A model generated the notes under the pieces. That model saw nothing but the letters and a program-made list of their open reading frames with translations, had not been told where the DNA came from and ran no database searches. Positions 37,320-47,556 of a DNA stretch of 64,000 nucleotides are shown here, in pieces; position 1 is the stretch's first letter, and every line of letters begins with the position of its first letter. Source of the DNA: an uncultured Rikenellaceae bacterium (GTDB lineage Bacteria > Bacteroidota > Bacteroidia > Bacteroidales > VadinHA17); contig CAYSXP010000022.1 in NCBI GenBank assembly GCA_964435015.1, positions 1,734-65,733 on the forward strand. Reading direction: 5' to 3'. Position numbers and translations under genes: made by a program.

Positions 37320-37327
37320 TATCTTTG
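37320..37327 (+). promoter_or_regulatory. candidate Bacteroidota -7 promoter box (TAnnTTTG)
   Basis: TATCTTTG lies 29 nt upstream of the ATG at 37356. Confidence 0.45.
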
Positions 37328-37355
37328 CCAAAATTTTAACTAATAACTACATCAA

Positions 37356-38069
37356 ATGAAATTCAATGGATTGATCGTCGCGGCCCTCATGGTTGCATTG
37401 GTGTCCGGCTCATGTGCAAAGAATGCCATATCGAACGCAAAGATGAGAAACAGGACTGACTCGCTTTCATATGCTTTCGGCATTGTCAACTACAATGCCC
37501 TGAAAAGCGACAGCCTGATTCTGGAGCCGAGGCTTGTTGCCAAAGCAATGCTCGACGGGGAAAAGGGAAAGCCGGTTATGAGTGACGATGCCGCAAGGAG
37601 TTTTATCATGTCATTCATCAACGATCGTGAAAATGAAAAGGCTGAAAAGCAGGCTGAAGCCAACAAAGTTTTATACAAGGATCATATTGACAAGAATGTA
37701 GCTTTTCTTGAGAACAACAAGACCAGGCAGGGGATAATTGTGACCCCTTCGGGCCTCCAGTATGAGGTCATCAGGATGGGTACCGGCGAGAAGCCCACAA
37801 AAGACAGCCAGGTCAGGGTTCATTATGTCGGAACGCTTATTGACGGGGAAGAATTTGACTCATCCGTCAAGAGGAATGAGCCGGCTCAGTTTCCCGTCAC
37901 GGGCGTGATTCCGGGATGGACCGAAGCGTTGCAGCTCATGCCGGTCGGCTCAAAATTCAGGCTTTTCATTCCCGAGAGCCTTGCCTATGGGGCCCGCGGT
38001 GCCGGTGACATAATTAAGCCGTATTCAACCCTTGTTTTCGAAGTGGAACTTCTCGATATCGTTCATTAG
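37356..38069 (+). CDS. FKBP-type peptidyl-prolyl cis-trans isomerase lipoprotein (FkpA/Mip-like)
   Basis: 237 aa. Lipobox LVSGSC and a C-terminal FKBP domain ([18 protein letters not shown]...LVFEVELL). Confidence 0.9.
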   Translation: MKFNGLIVAALMVALVSGSCAKNAISNAKMRNRTDSLSYAFGIVNYNALKSDSLILEPRLVAKAMLDGEKGKPVMSDDAARSFIMSFINDRENEKAEKQAEANKVLYKDHIDKNVAFLENNKTRQGIIVTPSGLQYEVIRMGTGEKPTKDSQVRVHYVGTLIDGEEFDSSVKRNEPAQFPVTGVIPGWTEALQLMPVGSKFRLFIPESLAYGARGAGDIIKPYSTLVFEVELLDIVH

Positions 38070-38070
38070 T

Positions 38071-38529
38071 ATGAAAACTGCTGAGATACACACTGCCAGG
38101 GGTGTAATGCATGTTGATTTCTTTGAGGATGATGCACCCGGCACGGTCGGCAATTTTGTAAAGCTCGCCATGGAAGGGTTTTATGACGGGCTCGCTTTCC
38201 ACAGGGTCATACCCGGATTCGTTATCCAGGGAGGCTGTCCGTTTTCGAAGGACCCGGGCGATCCAAGGACCGGCACAGGCGGTCCGGGATACAAGATCAG
38301 GTGCGAACTCAGGGGCGCCAACCAGTATCACGACAGGGGCGTATTGTCTATGGCGCATGCTGGCAGGGATACGGGAGGATCGCAATTCTTCATCTGTCAC
38401 AACAGGGAAAACACCAAACATCTCGACCGGCAGCATACCTGCTTCGGGAAAGTAACAGGGGGCCTTGACGTTATCGACCAGATACGGCAGGGCGACAGAA
38501 TTGACAAAATAGTAATACACGGTGAGTGA
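38071..38529 (+). CDS. ppiB: cyclophilin-type peptidyl-prolyl cis-trans isomerase
   Basis: Start at the ATG 38071, just after the FKBP stop. Has FHRVIPGFVIQGG and the SMAHAGRDTGGSQFFI cyclophilin signatures. Confidence 0.92.
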   Translation: MKTAEIHTARGVMHVDFFEDDAPGTVGNFVKLAMEGFYDGLAFHRVIPGFVIQGGCPFSKDPGDPRTGTGGPGYKIRCELRGANQYHDRGVLSMAHAGRDTGGSQFFICHNRENTKHLDRQHTCFGKVTGGLDVIDQIRQGDRIDKIVIHGE

Positions 38530-38530
38530 T

Positions 38531-38908
38531 ATGGCATTTGAAATTTCCGGTAAGGTCGTTGATATCGCTCCGGTAAACCAGGTGAGCGATAAATTCAGGA
38601 AACGCGAGTTTGTCATTGAAAAAAAGGAGGCAGGGGGCGCCGGCCTGTTTATCGATTATATCAAATTCCAGCTGATTCAGGATAAATGCGACCTTATCAA
38701 TGAGTCCTTTTTGAATACCGAAGTTAAAGTAACCTTTAACCTGAAGGGAAACAGGTGGGAACGCGACGGAAAGGTCAGCTACTTCACAAACCTCGATGCA
38801 TGGAAGATTGAAAGGGTCCAGGCTGAGGCTGCTGGTCAGGCTTTTCCCCCGCACATAGCTGACGAATCACTTCCCGGCGACGACCAGCTCGATGATCTTC
38901 CGTTCTGA
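38531..38908 (+). CDS. DUF3127-like protein
   Basis: The ORF-track start at 38522 is a GTG; the ATG at 38531 gives MAFEISGKVVDI. The pattern ...FNLKGNRWERDGKVSYFTNLDAWKI resembles DUF3127. Confidence 0.65.
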   Translation: MAFEISGKVVDIAPVNQVSDKFRKREFVIEKKEAGGAGLFIDYIKFQLIQDKCDLINESFLNTEVKVTFNLKGNRWERDGKVSYFTNLDAWKIERVQAEAAGQAFPPHIADESLPGDDQLDDLPF

Positions 38909-38941
38909 GCTGATTTTTTTCCTGTTAACATTCTGAATTCA

Positions 38942-38949
38942 TATATTTG
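38942..38949 (+). promoter_or_regulatory. candidate Bacteroidota -7 promoter box (TAnnTTTG)
   Basis: TATATTTG sits only 6 nt before the ORF-track start at 38955. This argues for the downstream ATG at 39060 as the real start. Confidence 0.35.
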
Positions 38950-39059
38950 CAGGGATGTCATATAAACATCCCTGTTTTGCGTTTATGCAGTTTACGCGGC
39001 AGCCCGGCTGTCAGCAGCATGTCCTGAACCGGGATTCAACCCATTTAACTATTTCAATC

Positions 39060-41738
39060 ATGAGATGCATATCATTGATTTTAATGGCGGCAGCGTTCAC
39101 TGTCAGTTCCCTGGAGGCCCAGGTCAGGCATGAAACAGTTGGTGAAGGCACCAGGGAGAGGATCCGGCATTCATACAACCGCTTCATACAGCCTGCAGGG
39201 CTGCAGGTTATTTTCGGAAATGAAGCGCTCGAGAACCATGCCCTTGACGTTGTCCTTTCACCCGATGCCAGGTATGTTGCGGTAATGGAACGCTACAGCA
39301 TAGTGTTCATAGGCACCGACGACAATAAGGTCAGGTACAGCCTTGTCAACAACGATCATCCCCTCCTGAGGGGCGGCATGAACACCTACTCCGGCCTGAA
39401 GTGGGATGCCGATGCCTCCGGTTTGCATGTTTACTGGAGTGTGGCTGGTGCAGATAACAGGTCGTTCGTGGCCTCCGCAACCTGGAACGGTGAAAAGGCG
39501 GAATTCTCGCGCCTGCTGGAATACAGTACCGTTCCGCCGGCGGGCCTGGCACTGCCCAACGAGATCCTTATCACAAAGGAGGACGGCAACAAATACCTGT
39601 ATGTTGTTCTGAACGGCAACAACACCCTTGTCAAGCAGGATTTCATTACGGGCGATACGATATGGTACGCTTTTCCCGGGGTTGCTCCCTACGGCCTCGC
39701 AATGGCAGCCGGCAAGATATATGTAACGAACTGGGCAGGGCGTTATCCAAACGCCAGGGACAAGGAGGTTGCCGGAGTTCCGTGGGGTCTTGCCAGGGTC
39801 GACAACAAGGCCGGGGGCTCCACGCGCGAAGGAAGCGTTGCTGTATTTGACGCTGCAACCGGAGCCTTCCTGAAAGATATAGTTGTAGGGCTCCACCCCA
39901 ACGGAATAATCAGCGGCAAGAAGGGCAGGCACGTATTTGTAACCAACTCCAACAGCGATAATGTATCGGTGATAAATACCTCAGGGGATGTGGTTACTGA
40001 AACAATAAGCGTCAGGCTTCAGCCCGGCATCAATCCGTATTTCGGCGATTCTCCCAACGGCATATGCCTTTCTCCGGATGAACAGACGCTCTATGTTGCG
40101 AACGGCATGGACAATGCCCTGGCCGTGATATCGCTTGGCAAAAAGGCCGGAAACAGGCACGGAGGCAGGGAAAGTGCGGTAACCGGATTTATCCCCACGG
40201 GTGCTTATCCGTCGGGGATCTGCATCACCCCCGCCGGTTCGGTTTACGTGGCCAATCTTGAATCTGACGGGGCCCACGTGGGCCTCAGGAATCCCTCCGG
40301 TGAGAACCTTATATACAATTCGCACCATTTGCTTGCATCGGTATCCGTTGTTCCGGTGCCCGGAAGCAGGGATCTTGCTGCCTATACCGATACCGTGATT
40401 GCAGTAAACAACCTGGCCCGCGCCACAACGGCCAGGGAGGAGCCGAGAAGCGGTGCCGTCCCAGGGCCCGTGCCCGAAAGGATCGGGGAACCCTCGGTAT
40501 TCAGGCACGTGCTTTACATCATCAGGGAAAACCGCACTTACGATCAGATCCTGGGCGACATGGAGGAAGGACGGGGAGATCCGGGCCTCTGCACTTACGG
40601 GGAACTGATTACCCCCAATACCCACAGGCTTGCCAGGGAATTCCTGCTTCTCGACAATTTCAACGTTTCGGGAAAATGCTCGGCAGAAGGACATCAGTGG
40701 ACCGATGCAGCAATTGTGACCGATTACATAGAGAAGAATATGCGTGCGTGGTTCAGAAGCTATCCGCATGTCCAGGATGATGCATTGGTGTATTCCCCCA
40801 GCGGCTTCCTGTGGGATAACGGAGTCAGCCGCGGTAAAAAGGTGAGGATCTACGGCGAAGCGTCGTATCCTGTATTTGAAAACAATTCCGGTCCCGGATG
40901 GACAGAGATATACAATAAGTTCCTCAGGGGAGAAAAGGTGGAATTCACAAATCATACCACTATCGAGCCTGTTAAAAGCCTCCTCAGTCCCACATATCCG
41001 TCGTACGGGAACCACGAGTTTCCCGATGTGATGAGAGCTGCTGATTTTATCAGGGAACTGGGGGAGTATGAAGCCATGGAAGGCGACCAGCTGCCCGAAC
41101 TGATGATAATGGCCCTTCCCAATGACCATACTGCCGGACTGCGGCCCGGGCATCCCAGCCCAAGGGCCATGATTGCCGACAACGACCTTGCCCTCGGACA
41201 GATAGTTGAAGCTGTCACCAGAAGCAGGTTCTGGGAAAGCACTGTTATTTTTGTAACAGAAGATGATTCCCAGGGAGGCTGGGATCATATTTCAGCATAC
41301 CGTACCGTGGGACTGGTGATCAGTCCCTACTCACGACTCAGGACCACCATCCCCACATATTACAGCCAGCCGTCGATGATACGGACAATTGAGCAGATCC
41401 TCGGGCTTCCGCCGATGAATATTCAGGATGCCATTGCCTATCCCATGACCGATTGTTTTGGCAGCGAACCCGACCTTACGCCCTATACCGCCCTTCCGAA
41501 CAACATTCCGCTCGATGAGATGAACAAGCCGCTGTCATCACTTTCAGGCAGGGCGCTCCATTTCGCAAAAAAAAGCATGCTGCCCGAATTTGCCGGCGTC
41601 GATTCGGGAAATGACGACCTGCTGAACAGGATACTCTGGTACGCTGCCAGGGGGAACACTCCCTATCCGCACCGGTATGCGGGGGCAAGCGGTTATGAAG
41701 ACGACGACCACGACGACCATGGCGGTGACGGATATTGA
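39060..41738 (+). CDS. secreted fusion protein: YncE/YVTN-type beta-propeller repeats plus a phosphoesterase (PlcN/AcpA-like) domain
   Basis: Start at the ATG 39060 gives the signal peptide MRCISLILMAAAFTVSSLEAQ. The N-terminal half has repeated LYVANxxxNxxxVI-type propeller motifs. The C-terminal half has VLYIIRENRTYDQILGD and FVTEDDSQGGWDHISAYRT phosphoesterase motifs. Confidence 0.7.
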   Translation: MRCISLILMAAAFTVSSLEAQVRHETVGEGTRERIRHSYNRFIQPAGLQVIFGNEALENHALDVVLSPDARYVAVMERYSIVFIGTDDNKVRYSLVNNDHPLLRGGMNTYSGLKWDADASGLHVYWSVAGADNRSFVASATWNGEKAEFSRLLEYSTVPPAGLALPNEILITKEDGNKYLYVVLNGNNTLVKQDFITGDTIWYAFPGVAPYGLAMAAGKIYVTNWAGRYPNARDKEVAGVPWGLARVDNKAGGSTREGSVAVFDAATGAFLKDIVVGLHPNGIISGKKGRHVFVTNSNSDNVSVINTSGDVVTETISVRLQPGINPYFGDSPNGICLSPDEQTLYVANGMDNALAVISLGKKAGNRHGGRESAVTGFIPTGAYPSGICITPAGSVYVANLESDGAHVGLRNPSGENLIYNSHHLLASVSVVPVPGSRDLAAYTDTVIAVNNLARATTAREEPRSGAVPGPVPERIGEPSVFRHVLYIIRENRTYDQILGDMEEGRGDPGLCTYGELITPNTHRLAREFLLLDNFNVSGKCSAEGHQWTDAAIVTDYIEKNMRAWFRSYPHVQDDALVYSPSGFLWDNGVSRGKKVRIYGEASYPVFENNSGPGWTEIYNKFLRGEKVEFTNHTTIEPVKSLLSPTYPSYGNHEFPDVMRAADFIRELGEYEAMEGDQLPELMIMALPNDHTAGLRPGHPSPRAMIADNDLALGQIVEAVTRSRFWESTVIFVTEDDSQGGWDHISAYRTVGLVISPYSRLRTTIPTYYSQPSMIRTIEQILGLPPMNIQDAIAYPMTDCFGSEPDLTPYTALPNNIPLDEMNKPLSSLSGRALHFAKKSMLPEFAGVDSGNDDLLNRILWYAARGNTPYPHRYAGASGYEDDDHDDHGGDGY

Positions 41739-41760
41739 TAGTGTTTTTAATTCAACGCTT

Positions 41761-43794
41761 ATGAAAAATCCGCTTCTGGATACATGGTCCACCCCATTTG
41801 AGACCCCTCCCTTCCACCTTATTAAAGTCAGTCATTTCAAGCCTGCTGCCGAAGAGGCTATAAAGGCCGCACTGACCAGGGCGGACTCCATAGCGGATAA
41901 TCCCGCAAAGCCTTCGTTTGAAAATACTGTGGAAGCCCTTGAGAGGACGGGGGAAAAGCTTGCAAGGATATCTTCCATTCTGTTCAGCCTTAACAGTGCC
42001 GAGACGTCAGAAGAACTTCAGAATGCCGCCCAGGAGATATCTCCGCTGCTGGTACGGTACTCAAATGATATTACAATGAACGGAAGGCTCTTTGCAAGGA
42101 TTGATGCATTGTATTCATCGGGGGCGGAGCCTGGGCTTGATGCCGGGCAGGCGATGCTTCTCGAAAAAGTGCACCGTAACTTTATTCTCGGCGGAGCCGG
42201 CCTCGACCCCGGGCACCGGAAGCGGTTCAGGGAGATCTCTGAAGAGCTCTCGGAGCTGACTCTCAGGTTCGAAGCAAATGTGCTTCACCAGACAAACTCA
42301 TTCCGGCTCCATATCACGGATGAACGGGATCTTGCAGGCCTGCCGCCGGATGTTGTCGCCATGGCATCGGCAGAAGCTGAAAAAAGAGAAAAGGCAGGAT
42401 GGGTCTTCACCCTGAACCAGCCAAGCTACATACCCTTCATGCAATTTGCCGATAACAGGGTTCTGAGGGAGGAAATGTTCAGGGCCTACGGGTCAAGGTG
42501 CTTCCACGGAGATGAGAAAGACAACAGCGCCCTGGTTCTGAGAATTGTGAACCTCAGGCTGGAAAAAGCAAGATTACTTGGTTTTCAGAGCTATGCACAC
42601 ATGGTCCTCACCGACCGGATGGCCGACAGTCCAGAAAAGGTAACCGGTTTTCTTGACAGGCTCAACAAGGCGTCGCACGATGCCGCCCTCCGTGATTATG
42701 ACAACCTTGAATCATTTGCCCTTGAACAGGGGTTGAAATATCCGCTGGAGCGCTGGGACTGGGCATACTATTCCGAGAAGCTGAAAAAGGCGAGGTACGA
42801 TATTGACGACGAGGTCCTCAAACCGTATTTCAGCCTTGAACCGGTCAGGGATGCAATCTTCAGCCTGGCATCCGTCCTGTTCGGGCTGCAGTTTGTGCAG
42901 AACACTGACATCCCGGTTTATCACGGTGAAGTCAGCGCCTGGGAGGTACATGACAGCGACGGGAGAATACTGGCGATCCTCTATCTCGATCATCATCCCA
43001 GGAAGGGCAAGCACGGCGGAGCCTGGATGACATCATTCAGGAGCCAGAGGACGGAAAGGCAGAAAAGGATCATTCCTCATGTCTCCATTGTAATGAATTT
43101 CACAAGGCCGGGGCCGGCAAAGCCTTCCCTGCTGACATTCAATGAACTGACAACCTATCTTCATGAGTTTGGCCATGCCCTCCATGGAATTCTGTCCGAT
43201 TGCAGATATGAAAGCCTGGCCGGTACAAACGTTGCCCATGATTTTGTCGAATTGCCGTCGCAGTTCATGGAGAACTGGGCATATGAAAAAGAATGGCTCG
43301 ACATGTGGGCAGTTCATTATGAAACGGGCGAAAAACTCCCGGCGGAACTGATGGAAAAGATACGGGAAACCGCGGTATTCAATGAAGGGTATGCGTGCAA
43401 CAGGCAGCTTGGATTCGGCTTCCTCGATATGGCATGGCACACTATAACCGAACCCGCCGGCAGGCCGGTGGATGAGTTTGAAAAGGCTGCGATGTCGGCT
43501 GCCGAAATACTCCGTCCGGTGGCGGGGACCAATATGAGCTGCGCCTTCACCCATCTTTTCGGAGGTGATTATGCAGCCGGCTATTACGGCTATAAATGGG
43601 CCGAGGTACTTGATGCAGATGCGTTTTATTACTTCCGCGAATCGGGCCTGTTCAACAGTGCCCCTGCCTGCTCATTCCGGAAAAACATCCTTGAAAGGGG
43701 AGGCAGCGACAAACCGATGAATCTTTATATCAGGTTCAGGGGAAAGGAACCTTCAATCGAACCTTTTCTTGACCGCAGCGGCCTGAAAAAATAA
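41761..43794 (+). CDS. dcp: M3-family zinc metallopeptidase (peptidyl-dipeptidase Dcp-like)
   Basis: Start at the ATG 41761 (MKNPLLDTWSTPFETPPF). Zinc motif HEFGHALHG. The upstream extension in the ORF track overlaps the previous gene. Confidence 0.9.
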   Translation: MKNPLLDTWSTPFETPPFHLIKVSHFKPAAEEAIKAALTRADSIADNPAKPSFENTVEALERTGEKLARISSILFSLNSAETSEELQNAAQEISPLLVRYSNDITMNGRLFARIDALYSSGAEPGLDAGQAMLLEKVHRNFILGGAGLDPGHRKRFREISEELSELTLRFEANVLHQTNSFRLHITDERDLAGLPPDVVAMASAEAEKREKAGWVFTLNQPSYIPFMQFADNRVLREEMFRAYGSRCFHGDEKDNSALVLRIVNLRLEKARLLGFQSYAHMVLTDRMADSPEKVTGFLDRLNKASHDAALRDYDNLESFALEQGLKYPLERWDWAYYSEKLKKARYDIDDEVLKPYFSLEPVRDAIFSLASVLFGLQFVQNTDIPVYHGEVSAWEVHDSDGRILAILYLDHHPRKGKHGGAWMTSFRSQRTERQKRIIPHVSIVMNFTRPGPAKPSLLTFNELTTYLHEFGHALHGILSDCRYESLAGTNVAHDFVELPSQFMENWAYEKEWLDMWAVHYETGEKLPAELMEKIRETAVFNEGYACNRQLGFGFLDMAWHTITEPAGRPVDEFEKAAMSAAEILRPVAGTNMSCAFTHLFGGDYAAGYYGYKWAEVLDADAFYYFRESGLFNSAPACSFRKNILERGGSDKPMNLYIRFRGKEPSIEPFLDRSGLKK

Positions 43795-43797
43795 TAT

Positions 43798-43805
43798 TAT
43801 ATTTG
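43798..43805 (+). promoter_or_regulatory. candidate Bacteroidota -7 promoter box (TAnnTTTG)
   Basis: TATATTTG lies 53 nt upstream of the purL ATG at 43858. Confidence 0.4.
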
Positions 43806-43857
43806 CCAGTTCAATTTTCAATCGTCCTTTGATCCCTTAACTTTTAATAACCATCCC

Positions 43858-46800
43858 ATGATCCGTTTTTTCAGAAAAAATACAGGAGCCATTATTGCCG
43901 TGCAGAGTGATGCCGGGTTAACCGGCGCTGACAGCGAAAAGCTGGCCTGGCTGTTTGGCAATGCGACAATGATTAGTGACGACAGGATTGAAGGCCTGTT
44001 TATAGGGCCCAGGAGGGAAATGATCACTCCGTGGAGCACCACTGCAGTTGAGATAACGCAGAACATGGGGATAACCGGCATAAAAAGGATGGAGGAGTTC
44101 ATTTTCTCGCCGGGGAGGAAACCCGAATATGATCCAATGCTTCAGGCCTTGTACAGGAATCCCGGCCAGGATGTTTTCACGGTAGCCCGGGATCCGGAAA
44201 AAATCATGCCGGTTGATAACATAAGACGCTACAATGAAAAGGAAGGGCTTGCCCTCAGCGATGAAGAAATTGCATACCTTGAGAAGCTGGCTGCCAAACT
44301 GTCCAGACCGCTTACCGACAGTGAGGTTTTCGGTTTTTCTCAGATAAATTCCGAACACTGCAGGCATAAAATCTTCAATGGTATTTTCATTATCGACGGT
44401 GAAGAGAAGGACTCGACCCTTTTCCAGCTCATAAAGAATACAACTCATTTCAACCGGAACAGGGTTGTATCGGCCTACAAGGACAATTGTGCATTTCTGA
44501 AGGGTCCGGTGGTGGAACAGTTTGCTCCCGCCACCCACGACAAGCCTGATTACTACACTGTAAGGAAATATGAATCGGTTCTTTCGCTCAAGGCCGAAAC
44601 CCACAATTTCCCCACTACGGTTGAGCCCTTCTACGGTGCATCCACCGGGTCGGGAGGAGAGATCCGCGACCGCATGGCCGGAGGCAGGGGGGCTTTCCCC
44701 GAAGCCGGTATCGCCGTCTACATGACCTCATACCCCCGGATCGAGGGAGGTCATCCGTGGGAGAAGGCAATTAAGGAAAGACCCTGGCTCTATCATTCTC
44801 CCGCCGGCATTCTGACCAAGGCCTCAAACGGGGCAAGCGATTTCGGGAACAAGTTCGGCCAGCCCCTTATCTGCGGATCCCTCTTTACTTTCGAACATTC
44901 CGGGAACATGCAGGTATATGGATATGACAAGGTCATCATGCTTGCCGGGGGAATCGGAAACGGAAAAAGCAGCCAGAGTGAAAAGGGGATCCCTGAAAAG
45001 GGCGACCTTATCGTCCTTATGGGCGGAGACAATTACAGGATAGGGATGGGAGGAGGAGCCGTATCGTCGGTCGATACGGGCAAATTCGACAGTTCCATAG
45101 AGCTTAATGCAGTGCAGAGGGCAAATCCGGAAATGCAAAAAAGGGTTTACAATGCAATCAGGGCCCTGTGCGAATCGGACAACAATCCCGTCATTTCCAT
45201 TCATGACCATGGGGCAGGCGGTCATCTCAACAGCCTGGCCGAACTGGTTGAAGCAAGCGGCGGAAGAATAGACATAAGCAGGCTCCCCGTCGGCGATCCC
45301 ACCCTGTCGGCAAGGGAGATAATAGGGAATGAGTCGCAGGAAAGAATGGGCTTGATAATCAGTCCTGCCGATGCTGATACAGTTATCAGTATAGCGGCCC
45401 GTGAGAAAGCGCCGCTGTATTTCATCGGCGAAATAACAGGGGACCACCGGCTGGTATTTGAGGACGGCAGGACAGGCGAAAAGCCCATTGATCTTTCCGT
45501 AGAAGCAATGTTCGGTGATCCTCCAAGGACGATCATCAGGGGCAGCAGTCCTGCAGCAGAAGCCTTTGAGAAGCCTGATTACGATCAAAGCCGGATACAT
45601 GAATACGTGGAGCAGGTGTTGCAGATTGAAGAGGTTGCATGCAAAGACTGGCTCACAAACAAGGTCGACAGGTCGGTAACGGGCCGCATTGCAAAGCAGC
45701 AGTGCGCCGGTCCGCTGCAGCTGCCCCTCAACAATCTCGGAGCCATAGCCTTGGATTACAGGGGCCGTTCAGGCTTTGCCACATCGCTGGGGCATGCCCC
45801 GGCAGCAGGGCTCATCGATCCGGCCGCCGGATCGGTGCTCTCTATAGCAGAGGCCCTTACCAACATTATATGGGCCCCGCTCACCGACGGTTTGAAGAGT
45901 GTGTCCCTTTCGGCCAACTGGATGTGGCCCTGTAAAAACCCGGGTGAAGACTCAAGGCTCTACACAGCGGTTCAGGCTGCCAGCCAGTTTGCCATTGAAC
46001 TCGGAATAAACATTCCCACCGGCAAGGACAGCCTTTCAATGACCCAGAAATACAGTGACAAGGTGGTGATGGCACCCGGGACCGTAATAATAACCGCCGC
46101 CGGCGAGGTTAATGACGTCCGGGGAATTGTCGAGCCCGTTCTGGTCAACGATCCATATACCAGCCTGCTGTACATCGATATGAGCAGGGATGATTTCAGG
46201 ACCGGCGGAAGCAGCTTTGCACAGGTGCTGAACCGGGTCGGGGATGAAGCACCCACAGTAAGGGATGCCGGCTACTTTGCCGGGGTTTTCAATGCCATCC
46301 AGGGACTTATCAAAAAAGGAAGGATCCTCGCAGGTCATGATATCTCCGCTGGGGGAATGATCACGACCCTCCTGGAGATGTGCTTTTCAAACGAGTCAGG
46401 AGGCATTGCGGCAAACCTGAGTGCCCTTAATGAAGCTGACACCGTAAAGCTGCTGCTGAGCCAGAATCCGGGTATAATAATCCAGGTAGCCGATGAAAAC
46501 GAGGTTTCCGAATTTCTTCTCGAACATGGAATATCGTATTTCACCATAGGCCATCCTGTCAGTGAAAGAACGATCAGGATCGTTAACCATGGTGAGACGC
46601 TCACCTTTGAGATTGATCCCCTCAGGAACAAATGGTTCCGCACCTCGTATCTGTTTGACAGGATGCAGTGCGGTCCTGCGGCGGCGCTGGAAAGGTTCAT
46701 CAGTTACAGGAACCACAGCCTCCGGTATAACTTTGGCAGCTTCAGCGGTACATTCAGCTCGCTGGGGATCACCCCCGACAGGCAGAGAAAATCAGGAACA

Positions 46801-47556
46801 AAGGCTGCCATCATACGCGAAAAGGGAGTTAACGGCGACAGGGAGATGGCTTACGCCCTCTGGCTTGCGGGCTTTGATGTAAGGGATGTGCATATGACAG
46901 ACCTGATGACCGGCCGCGAGACGCTCAGCGATCTGAGCATGATTGTTTTTGCAGGAGGATTTTCAAATTCAGATGTTCTGGGTTCAGCAAAAGGCTGGGC
47001 GGGCGCATTCAGATACAATGAAGCCGCCGGCAAGGCGCTTTCCGCTTTCTTCAGCCGTCCCGATACCCTTTCCCTGGGCGTCTGCAACGGCTGTCAGCTC
47101 ATGACCGGACTCGGTCTTATTTATCCTGAACATAAAGAAATGCCGGAGCTTCTTCCCAACAGTTCGGGCAAATTCGAATCGGGATTTATCGGAGTGACGA
47201 TACCGGAAAACAGATCGGTAATGCTTGGAAACATGTCGGGCATGGAACTCGGCGTCTGGGTCGCCCACGGGGAGGGAAGGTTCAGTCTGCCCTATCCCGA
47301 AGAAAAGTATCATATTGCACTCAGGTACAGCTGCGGTTCCTATCCAGCCAACCCGAACGGGTCGGGTTACGAGGTGGCCGGGCTGTGTTCGGATGACGGG
47401 AGGCACCTTGTAATGATGCCCCACCCTGAGAGGTCGTTCTTCCCGTGGCAATGCGCATATTATCCGCCTGAAAGGAAGCAGGATGAAGTAACGCCATGGA
47501 TAAAGGCATTCATCAACGCCAGGAAGTGGATCGAAAAAAAGGTCAGCGGGTCATAG
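43858..47556 (+). CDS. purL: phosphoribosylformylglycinamidine synthase, single-chain large form
   Basis: 1232 aa. Has the N-terminal domain, AIR-synthase-like repeats (SHCRHKIFN, ETHNFPT) and a C-terminal glutaminase domain (GVCNGCQ...HPE). Confidence 0.95.
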   Translation: MIRFFRKNTGAIIAVQSDAGLTGADSEKLAWLFGNATMISDDRIEGLFIGPRREMITPWSTTAVEITQNMGITGIKRMEEFIFSPGRKPEYDPMLQALYRNPGQDVFTVARDPEKIMPVDNIRRYNEKEGLALSDEEIAYLEKLAAKLSRPLTDSEVFGFSQINSEHCRHKIFNGIFIIDGEEKDSTLFQLIKNTTHFNRNRVVSAYKDNCAFLKGPVVEQFAPATHDKPDYYTVRKYESVLSLKAETHNFPTTVEPFYGASTGSGGEIRDRMAGGRGAFPEAGIAVYMTSYPRIEGGHPWEKAIKERPWLYHSPAGILTKASNGASDFGNKFGQPLICGSLFTFEHSGNMQVYGYDKVIMLAGGIGNGKSSQSEKGIPEKGDLIVLMGGDNYRIGMGGGAVSSVDTGKFDSSIELNAVQRANPEMQKRVYNAIRALCESDNNPVISIHDHGAGGHLNSLAELVEASGGRIDISRLPVGDPTLSAREIIGNESQERMGLIISPADADTVISIAAREKAPLYFIGEITGDHRLVFEDGRTGEKPIDLSVEAMFGDPPRTIIRGSSPAAEAFEKPDYDQSRIHEYVEQVLQIEEVACKDWLTNKVDRSVTGRIAKQQCAGPLQLPLNNLGAIALDYRGRSGFATSLGHAPAAGLIDPAAGSVLSIAEALTNIIWAPLTDGLKSVSLSANWMWPCKNPGEDSRLYTAVQAASQFAIELGINIPTGKDSLSMTQKYSDKVVMAPGTVIITAAGEVNDVRGIVEPVLVNDPYTSLLYIDMSRDDFRTGGSSFAQVLNRVGDEAPTVRDAGYFAGVFNAIQGLIKKGRILAGHDISAGGMITTLLEMCFSNESGGIAANLSALNEADTVKLLLSQNPGIIIQVADENEVSEFLLEHGISYFTIGHPVSERTIRIVNHGETLTFEIDPLRNKWFRTSYLFDRMQCGPAAALERFISYRNHSLRYNFGSFSGTFSSLGITPDRQRKSGTKAAIIREKGVNGDREMAYALWLAGFDVRDVHMTDLMTGRETLSDLSMIVFAGGFSNSDVLGSAKGWAGAFRYNEAAGKALSAFFSRPDTLSLGVCNGCQLMTGLGLIYPEHKEMPELLPNSSGKFESGFIGVTIPENRSVMLGNMSGMELGVWVAHGEGRFSLPYPEEKYHIALRYSCGSYPANPNGSGYEVAGLCSDDGRHLVMMPHPERSFFPWQCAYYPPERKQDEVTPWIKAFINARKWIEKKVSGS

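Noticed and set aside
38955-39059. Upstream start of the propeller/phosphoesterase gene
   Set aside because: A -7 promoter-like box ends 6 nt before this ATG, and the 35 extra residues are not signal-peptide-like. The ATG at 39060 yields a clean signal peptide.
41677-41760. N-terminal extension of the M3 peptidase containing a poly-Thr run (MRGQAVMKTTTTTTM...)
   Set aside because: It overlaps the 3' end of the preceding gene. The Thr run is the alternative-frame reading of that gene's GACGACGACCACGACGACC (DDDHDDH) tail. The ATG at 41761 gives a normal Dcp-like N-terminus.
47543-47556. 14-nt convergent overlap of the purL and lipoprotein 3' ends
   Set aside because: Short convergent overlaps are common. 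There is no hairpin or other structure suggesting a special function.
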